Part shown: piece by piece, positions 24,860 to 30,618 of the stretch
Layout: every line of letters begins with the position of its first letter
How positions within the stretch are numbered: position 1 is the first letter of the stretch
Assembly: GCA_030593425.1 (NCBI GenBank)
Contig: JAUVHF010000001.1
Location: 1-30,618 of the forward strand
Origin: Anaerolineales bacterium
Lineage (GTDB): Bacteria; Chloroflexota; Anaerolineae; UBA7937
DNA: 30,618 bases
Direction of reading: 5' to 3'
Made by a program: the position numbers and the translations under genes
Notes under the pieces: model-generated
Databases searched by the model: none
What the model saw: only the letters and a program-made list of their open reading frames with translations
Told to the model about the DNA's origin: nothing

Positions 24860-25075
24860 AATTGTTCAACATGTGCGTCCCGAATACGGAGATCTGATGA
24901 TCATCGTTGCGGCGGGCATCGGCTATGTGTGGGGTGCGACCTGCGTCAAGTGGGGGCCGTGCGAGACTGAACAGCAACTATAATTCGTAACACGGAAGGG
25001 TGAAACGACATGACATATTAGAGGTGGCAAACAGTTCAAGAAGAATAGATTAATACAACTAAGAGGAGGCAGAAA

Positions 25076-26224
25076 ATGATCGATTTTACTTTTACCGAAG
25101 AGCAAGAAATGTTCAGGAAAGCGGCTCGCGAATTCGCAGAAACCCAGGTCGCTCCCAAGGTTCCAGAAATGGAAGAAGCAGGGAAGGTCAACGACGAGGT
25201 TGTCAAGGCCCTGGGTGAGGCCGAGATGATGGCCTTGACCATTCCGGAAGAATATGGCGGTCTTGGATTAGGTTATGTTGCCCGTCTTATCGCCCTCGAG
25301 GAAATCAGCAGGGTTTCGGTGGCGACGGCCATGATGCTCCAGATTTTTGGCCTGGGTATCGAGCCTATCATAAGATTCGGTAACGAGGAGCAGAAAAGGA
25401 GATATTTGCCCGGATTGGCAAAAGGCGAACGACTGGCCACGGTGGCTGTAACCGAAGCGACCGGAGGTTCTGATCCTAAGAGCGGTCGTACGTCTTATAA
25501 GAGGGATGGTGACGATTATATTATTAACGGCCGTAAATGCTTCATCACCAATTCCCACATCGCCGACACAGTTACCGTCCTGGCCAAGGACGAGGAGGAT
25601 CCCGAAGTTTTCACGGCTTTCATCGTAGAAAAGGGGATGGAGGGGTTCAGGCCTTCACATGAAGAGCATAAAGTGGGCATGCGCGGTTGTAATACTGGCG
25701 AGTTGGTTTTTGAACATTGCCGGGTTCCCAGGGAAAACCTGCTGGGAGAGGAAGGAAAGGGCATGCGTGTTGCCATGGCTGCCATTGGTGAAGTCGGCAG
25801 AGGCGGAATGGTCGGCTGTGCCTTAGGGCTACAGGCCGCCTGTCTGGAAGCATCCCTGAAATTCGCAAATGAACGAATTCTTTATGGAAAACCGATCAGC
25901 AATCTACAGACGATTCAAAACAAACTGGCGGAAATGAGAATCGATCTGGAAGCAGGCCGTCTGCTGGGATATCGAGCGGCGGCCATGCAAGATAGAGGCA
26001 TGCGTTCAAGCAACGAATTCGCCGTGGCCAAATATTTCACCACGGAAGCAGCACAGAAGGGGGCAAAAACGGCCGTTGATATCCATGGTGGCTATGGCTG
26101 CCTGGAAGAATATCCGGTTTCCCGCTATTACCGCGATTCCATTGTTCTAGGGCCATCGGCAGGCACCTCCGATATTATGAAGGTCATTATCGCCCGTTGG
26201 GTGCTTAAGCCGTTCAGGAAGTGA
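25076..26224 (+). CDS. Acyl-CoA dehydrogenase (short-chain/Bcd-like)
   Basis: AVTEATGGSD, YIINGRKCFITN, HKVGMRGCNTGEL, ERILYGKPI and AVDIHGGYG. SD GAGGAGG. Confidence 0.93.
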   Translation: MIDFTFTEEQEMFRKAAREFAETQVAPKVPEMEEAGKVNDEVVKALGEAEMMALTIPEEYGGLGLGYVARLIALEEISRVSVATAMMLQIFGLGIEPIIRFGNEEQKRRYLPGLAKGERLATVAVTEATGGSDPKSGRTSYKRDGDDYIINGRKCFITNSHIADTVTVLAKDEEDPEVFTAFIVEKGMEGFRPSHEEHKVGMRGCNTGELVFEHCRVPRENLLGEEGKGMRVAMAAIGEVGRGGMVGCALGLQAACLEASLKFANERILYGKPISNLQTIQNKLAEMRIDLEAGRLLGYRAAAMQDRGMRSSNEFAVAKYFTTEAAQKGAKTAVDIHGGYGCLEEYPVSRYYRDSIVLGPSAGTSDIMKVIIARWVLKPFRK

Positions 26225-26252
26225 GGGATCCAGCAGTAGGGAGGTAGCGCAC

Positions 26253-26357
26253 AAAACGCTTATCGTGGACCGCGACGTAGAGGTCAAGATGCGTCATGAC
26301 GTTATCCTTCACGCCGACGGCTATCCCTTCATCCAGCCCATCATCCCGCGAGGGTGA
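26253..26357 (+). pseudogene. Remnant 5' end of a probable CocE/NonD (X-Pro dipeptidyl-peptidase S15) hydrolase
   Basis: KTLIVDRDVEVKMRHDVILHADGY resembles the family N-terminus (I/V-x-RDVxVPMRDGVxLxADVY). SD GGGAGG at about 26239-26244 has no start codon after it, and a stop follows 11 codons after the motif. Confidence 0.5.
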
Positions 26358-26432
26358 CATGGTGCCAGGTCTACCGATGATGGCGAACCGGAAGTACGGT
26401 CCAATTCCTTGATTTAGCATAGGATTTGTACA

Positions 26433-27230
26433 ATGCTCAGGATTGTCGTATGTGTCAAAGCGGTTCCTGACCCCAAAGAGGCCAGCAAGATAAGAATAGA
26501 TCCCGTCACCAGAACCCTCGCTCGGTGCGACGTTCCGCTGGTGATAAATCCACTGGACAAAAATGCAATGGAAGCGGCACTCCAACTTAAAGAGCAGCTT
26601 GGTGCGCGTATTACGGTACTCAGCATGGGCCCTCCTCCGGCAGGCAACATCGTCAGGGAATGTTTGGCTTTGGGCGCTGACGAGGGAATCCTGCTTTGCG
26701 ATCAGGCTTTTGGCGGTGCCGATGCCTATGCCACGGCATATACCCTGGCCAAAGGGATAGAGAAAATCGGGTCCTATGATCTGGTCTTTTGCGGAATGGC
26801 CAGCAGCGATAGTGGTACGGAGTGGGTTGGGCCGGAAATCGCAACGTTCCTAGAGATGCCTGTAGTAACAAGGGTGAAAGAGATCGTCGAATGTGACGGA
26901 GAATGGTGGAAGGTAAAAGCCAGTCTGGAAGATGGATACCGTCTGGTGCAGGTAAAACTCCCGGCACTCTTTACGGTGACCAGAGGGCTGAATACGCCGA
27001 GAACACTCAGCTTTTCAGGAATTGTCAAGGCCAGAGATAGGGAGATTATCCAGTGGGGAATTGATGAGTTAGGTGTGGCGGAAGAATCGATGGGCCTAAA
27101 AGGGTCACCAACAATTGTTTCGAAGATGACAAACAGAGAAAGTAAGCGGAAAGTTGAGATAATCGCCGGCACAAGGGAAGAGAAAGCCGAACGATTGATC
27201 CAAAAGCTGGCTGATGCAGGCGTAATATAG
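26433..27230 (+). CDS. etfB: Electron transfer flavoprotein beta subunit
   Basis: MLRIVVCVKAVPD, INPLDKNAMEAAL, SMGPP, DQAFGGADAYATAYTLA and GLKGSPTIV. Confidence 0.92.
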   Translation: MLRIVVCVKAVPDPKEASKIRIDPVTRTLARCDVPLVINPLDKNAMEAALQLKEQLGARITVLSMGPPPAGNIVRECLALGADEGILLCDQAFGGADAYATAYTLAKGIEKIGSYDLVFCGMASSDSGTEWVGPEIATFLEMPVVTRVKEIVECDGEWWKVKASLEDGYRLVQVKLPALFTVTRGLNTPRTLSFSGIVKARDREIIQWGIDELGVAEESMGLKGSPTIVSKMTNRESKRKVEIIAGTREEKAERLIQKLADAGVI

Positions 27231-27333
27231 GGAAAAGCCGAAAACAACATGATGCGCTTCAGCCAGGTCTTGCGCTCTTTAGAAGCATCGATATTCCGCA
27301 TACATTTCTTCGACGTAGTGGTCGGTAGTCACA

Positions 27334-28338
27334 ATGGAAAGTAGACGCGGCTCCGTATGGGTCATCGCTGAGCAGATTGACTGTCGGATTCTTTCTGTAT
27401 CACTCCAGTTAATCGGCCATGCGCGCAAACTGGCTGATGAATTGGAAACTTCCGTGGAGGTTATCCTTCTGGGAGACAAGATAGAGGGACAAACCCAGCA
27501 ATTGTTTGCCGCCGGCGCCGACAGAGTCTATCTGGGTAACGCTCCCCACCTGAGCTTTTATCAACCGGAAATCTATACCGAAATCATCGTCAAACTGGCT
27601 AAAGAGCGACAGCCGGAAATCATCCTTATCGGTTCGACCTCCATGGGAAGAGAATTGGCGCCGCTGGTAGCAGCCAGATTGGAAACCGGATTGACGGCTC
27701 ACTCCATTGATCTGCTCCTCGACGAGAACAAAATCTTAGAGCAGAGAGTCCCTGCCTATGGTGGGTTACTTTCGATTATCTGTCCGAAAAGGCGTCCACA
27801 GATGGCCACCATTGCAAGAGGGGTTTTCCCTATACCCGAACTGGATGAGAAGAGGACTGGAGAGATTGTCCTGCTTGATGTCCCGGGTGAAATCCCCCGT
27901 CGGATCCAAACACTGGAAATCATCCGTGAAGAGCCGGAGGGTGTGCCTTTGGAATCGACCCCCATCGTCGTTGCCGGCGGTGCCGGTGCTAGTGATCTTG
28001 CGGGGTGGCGCATAATAGCCGCTCTGGCGGAAGCGCTTAACGCTGCCCTCGGCTCCACGCGGCCGGCCGTTGATGAAGGCTGGGCCGGGCTGGAGACGAT
28101 GATCGGGCAGAGCGGAAAAATGGTGAGTCCGGAACTCTATATCGGGGTAGGGCTTTCAGGTGAATTACAGCATATGGTAGGCATAGTCAGGGCTCAAGTT
28201 ATGGTAGCCATAAATAACGATCCCAAATCACCGGTGTTTGAACAGGTGGATTATGGCATTGTTGATGACTGCCGGGAGTTTATTCCGCTATTTATTGAAA
28301 AAATCAAGGAATACCAGGGTAAGCAAGTAACCTGCTGA
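27334..28338 (+). CDS. etfA: Electron transfer flavoprotein alpha subunit
   Basis: VWVIAEQ, GRELAPLVAARL.TGLTA, RPQMAT, STRPAVDEGW, IGQSGK.VSPELYI..G.SG..QH and AINNDPKSPVF..VDYGIVDD. No obvious SD. Confidence 0.92.
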   Translation: MESRRGSVWVIAEQIDCRILSVSLQLIGHARKLADELETSVEVILLGDKIEGQTQQLFAAGADRVYLGNAPHLSFYQPEIYTEIIVKLAKERQPEIILIGSTSMGRELAPLVAARLETGLTAHSIDLLLDENKILEQRVPAYGGLLSIICPKRRPQMATIARGVFPIPELDEKRTGEIVLLDVPGEIPRRIQTLEIIREEPEGVPLESTPIVVAGGAGASDLAGWRIIAALAEALNAALGSTRPAVDEGWAGLETMIGQSGKMVSPELYIGVGLSGELQHMVGIVRAQVMVAINNDPKSPVFEQVDYGIVDDCREFIPLFIEKIKEYQGKQVTC

Positions 28339-28405
28339 TCGAGGAATGGCGGAATTGGACGTTTCCAGATCCACCCTCACTTCCTTAATCAGTGAGTCAG
28401 TTACT

Positions 28406-28457
28406 AAAGGAGGTTATCATGGCAAATTTGAAATAACCGGAACAGGCATTGAATACC
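28406..28457 (+). pseudogene. Degenerate duplicate of the RBS and first 13 codons of the DUF169 gene
   Basis: AAAGGAGgttatcATG GCA AAT TTG AAA TAA CCG GAA CAG GCA TTG AAT ACC versus 28486-28537 AAAGGAGcttgtcATG GCA GAC TTA AAA GAG TTG GAA CAG GCG TTG AAT ACC. Confidence 0.75.
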
Positions 28458-28498
28458 CTGAATCAGTTAGGCACCTACTATTTCCAAAGGAGCTTGTC

Positions 28499-29281
28499 AT
28501 GGCAGACTTAAAAGAGTTGGAACAGGCGTTGAATACCTATATCCGGCCGTTCACCTTCCCGCTGGCCATAAAGATGTTGAAATCGGAAGAGGAGATGCCT
28601 GAAAAGACCCGTCGACCCTTTCAACAGATGGAAAAGAAGGTAGCCATCTGCCAGGGAATTGGTATGGCAAGAAAATTAGGTTGGGCGGTAGCTATGGGTA
28701 AAGAGGACATGCAATGCTCTCTGGGGGCAGCCCCCTTCGGTTTTTTCAAGAACACCGACTTCTTTGATGAGGGGAATTTAGCCGCAGGTATGTTTACCGC
28801 TTCAAAGGAGATAGGAAAAAGGGGAGAAGAGCTTGTTGATCGTTTTGAATACGGGCTTTACACTCACATCATGGTAGCACCCCTGCACCGTACTGCTTTT
28901 GAACCTGATCTGTTCATGATTTATGGTAATCCGGCCCAAATCATGAGGCTCATTCAGGGGGCGCTCTACAATGAAGGGGGGGCTGTTCACTCTTCAGCCA
29001 TGGGAAGACTGGGATGCGCATCCATAATAACGGCGATAAAAAAGGATGAATGTCGCTATCTTGTTCCCGGCAACGGAGACAGGATTTTCGGCATGACCCA
29101 GGACTACGAGATGACTTTCATGATTCCCTCTTCAAAGGTAGATACGGTTTTGGACGGATTAGTCAAGACCCATAAAGCCGGTATACGATATCCCATCACC
29201 AGCTTCTTCGATTTTGAAGCGACATTTCCCCCGTCCTATCAGGAGCAGATGAGGATCTGGAGGGAAGAAGGAGAATTATAG
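28499..29281 (+). CDS. DUF169 family protein, 260 aa
   Basis: FPLAIKML, AICQG...ARKLGW, EDMQCSLGA, EPDLFMIYGNPAQIMRLIQG, GCA and VPGNGDRIFG..QDYEM. Start ATG 28499 has SD AAGGAG. Confidence 0.8.
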   Translation: MADLKELEQALNTYIRPFTFPLAIKMLKSEEEMPEKTRRPFQQMEKKVAICQGIGMARKLGWAVAMGKEDMQCSLGAAPFGFFKNTDFFDEGNLAAGMFTASKEIGKRGEELVDRFEYGLYTHIMVAPLHRTAFEPDLFMIYGNPAQIMRLIQGALYNEGGAVHSSAMGRLGCASIITAIKKDECRYLVPGNGDRIFGMTQDYEMTFMIPSSKVDTVLDGLVKTHKAGIRYPITSFFDFEATFPPSYQEQMRIWREEGEL

Positions 29282-29282
29282 T

Positions 29283-30326
29283 ATGGAAGCATTTGCTGGA
29301 AGACAGCGTATTTCCGCTGCCTTCAAAAAGACCTTTACAGATCAGGAAGTCAGGATGGACAGGATCCCTGCCTACCTCTTCATGGGCCAATGCAACGCCC
29401 AACTTGTAGGCGCGTCCATCAGGGAGTTCTTATTGGATCCCAAGATCTTTGTGAAGGCACAGGTGGCCGCTTATGAGCGTTACAAACCGGATATCCTACT
29501 CATGATGTGGGATCTGCTCACCGACGTTGAGGCCATGGGCAATGAACTCAGATTTCCCGAAGACAGCCTGTGCATCTCCACAAGACTAGCCCTTGAAGAT
29601 AAGGGGAAACTGAGCAGCCTCAAAGTTCCGGATCCCACAAAGGACGGGCGCCTTCCGGGTTATTTGGAGGCTTTGGCCGAAACGAAAAAGATGATCACCG
29701 ATTCCATTGTATCAGGGGTGATCGCCGGGCCCTGGACAATCGCTCTAGGCCTCAGGGGGGCCACTGAACTCATCAGGGATGCAATGAAAGACCCGGATTA
29801 TGTCCATGAACTGATGCGATTCTGCACACGGGCGTCCATAAGGTTTGCGGAAGCCATTGTTCCATTAGGTGTGGGGCTCGGGTATTCTGAAGCCCCTGCG
29901 TCCTGCAGCCTTATCTCTCCCAAGATGTACCGGACATTCGTCTTCCCTTATCATAAGCAGATCGTAGACCACTTCAAGGAGAAGAAGGTGGGCCTGGGGC
30001 TTCACATTTGTGGATATGCGGACCCCATCCTTGAAGATATGGTCAACACCGGGGTGACCAATATCAGTATTGATGCGCCTACGGATCTGGCAAAGGCAGT
30101 GGAGGTAACCAGGGGCAAGGCGGTCCTCATTGGTAACGTCGATACCAACCTCTTCATTGCCGACAGCAGGGATGAGATGAAGCAGGCCATAAAAGATTGT
30201 ATTGCTAAAGCCCCAAAGGACAGCGGATATATCCTTGCGTCCGGTTGCGAAGTGCCGGCTATCGCCCCACCGGAAAAGATCGACTGGTTCATGGAACTGG
30301 TTAATGAACTCGGCAATTATGATTGA
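29283..30326 (+). CDS. Uroporphyrinogen decarboxylase superfamily protein, MtaA/CmuA methyltransferase-like
   Basis: DLLTDVEAMG, IAGPWTIA, LISPKMYRTFVFPYHK, Zn-ligand motif LHICG, LIGNVD and final Cys in ILASGCEVP. It lacks the HemE RQAGR motif. Confidence 0.8.
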   Translation: MEAFAGRQRISAAFKKTFTDQEVRMDRIPAYLFMGQCNAQLVGASIREFLLDPKIFVKAQVAAYERYKPDILLMMWDLLTDVEAMGNELRFPEDSLCISTRLALEDKGKLSSLKVPDPTKDGRLPGYLEALAETKKMITDSIVSGVIAGPWTIALGLRGATELIRDAMKDPDYVHELMRFCTRASIRFAEAIVPLGVGLGYSEAPASCSLISPKMYRTFVFPYHKQIVDHFKEKKVGLGLHICGYADPILEDMVNTGVTNISIDAPTDLAKAVEVTRGKAVLIGNVDTNLFIADSRDEMKQAIKDCIAKAPKDSGYILASGCEVPAIAPPEKIDWFMELVNELGNYD

Positions 30327-30378
30327 CCCCATTTTGCTTAGCGATGAATGATGGAGGGAACGGAGAAAAGGAAAGCTG

Positions 30379-30618
30379 TTGACCGATCTTGAGAATCTGA
30401 GAATCAAACTTACCCCAGAAGAACGGGGCATTCTGCGAGGCAAGCAAGGGCCAACCATGCAGAAGGTCATGAAAACTGTGGTGCTCTATGGCGAAGCCTT
30501 GGGTGCGGAAAGATTAGTAGACATTGAAGGGGACGGGCACTTTGTCATACCCTGGGCCACCCCCGGTATTGGGCCGCCCCTGGAGATGCTGGGCGAGTTG
30601 GTGGCGGCCGGTCTCAAG
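30379..30618 (+). CDS. Aconitase X (DUF521) catalytic subunit, 5' partial, running off the window (absent from the ORF track)
   Basis: Hand translation: LTDLENLRIKLTPEERGILRGKQGPTMQKVMKTVVLYGEALGAERLVDIEGDGHFVIPWATPG... matches the AcnX N-terminus (LTxEExxxLxGxxG..xxxxxYGExxGAERLV). TTG start after AAAGGA; 80 open codons to the end. Confidence 0.78.
   Translation, partial: MTDLENLRIKLTPEERGILRGKQGPTMQKVMKTVVLYGEALGAERLVDIEGDGHFVIPWATPGIGPPLEMLGELVAAGLK

Noticed and set aside
1081-28498. N-terminal extensions in the ORF track (1254, 2488, 7233, 7042, 10094, 17991, 21547, 23700, 28346)
   Set aside because: Each overlaps a neighbouring gene or promoter. Downstream starts have better SD or promoter spacing and match the family N-termini.
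29283-30326. hemE (true uroporphyrinogen decarboxylase), and hemL for 1094..2473
   Set aside because: The first lacks RQAGR and has the MtaA-type HxC...C Zn ligands. Neither gene has tetrapyrrole-pathway neighbours.
445-30470. The many overlapping ORF-track entries antisense or off-frame to called genes (e.g. 4137..5336 -, 10579..11352 +, 6358..7023 +, 12357..12953 +, 17394..17942 +, 29865..30470 -)
   Set aside because: They have no recognisable motifs or RBS and are fully shadowed by well-supported genes. Long open antisense frames are expected at this GC content.

Overview
Bacterial chromosomal DNA, about 55-60% GC over most of its length by eye. The gene content (expanded GT-C membrane glycosyltransferases with a WQ/YTVFTHL/PT-x-W C-terminal module, a Pro/Thr-rich DUF3048 lipoprotein, a Flp pilin, TGn-TATAAT promoters) points to Chloroflexota, probably Anaerolineae-like; this is inference. 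In order: (1) an Ord/DapB-like dehydrogenase and a class III aminotransferase on the minus strand; (2) a junction at about 2761-2769 where 3' fragments of a DmpA-family peptidase and an aldehyde:ferredoxin oxidoreductase are fused back to back; (3) an orphan PhnD-like binding protein, a DUF3048 lipoprotein and a radical SAM protein; (4) rplI with a coupled 4-Cys protein; (5) a 9.8 kb tandem array of four GT39/PMT_2-like glycosyltransferases carrying 8 copies of an uncharacterised module, with a higher-GC block inside it; (6) amidohydrolase, maf, a GT87-like GT-C and adenine deaminase; (7) a Flp pilin missed by the ORF track, and an AT-rich UbiA gene that seems to start at ATC; (8) about 1.5 kb of debris ending in a truncated acyl-CoA synthetase; (9) a lower-GC catabolic cluster: TetR, acyl-CoA dehydrogenase, EtfBA, DUF169, MtaA/UroD-like protein and aconitase X (partial, also missed by the ORF track), with several gene fossils. 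No tRNA, rRNA, CRISPR array, transposase or integrase was recognised. All family calls come from motifs recognised by eye, not from database searches.
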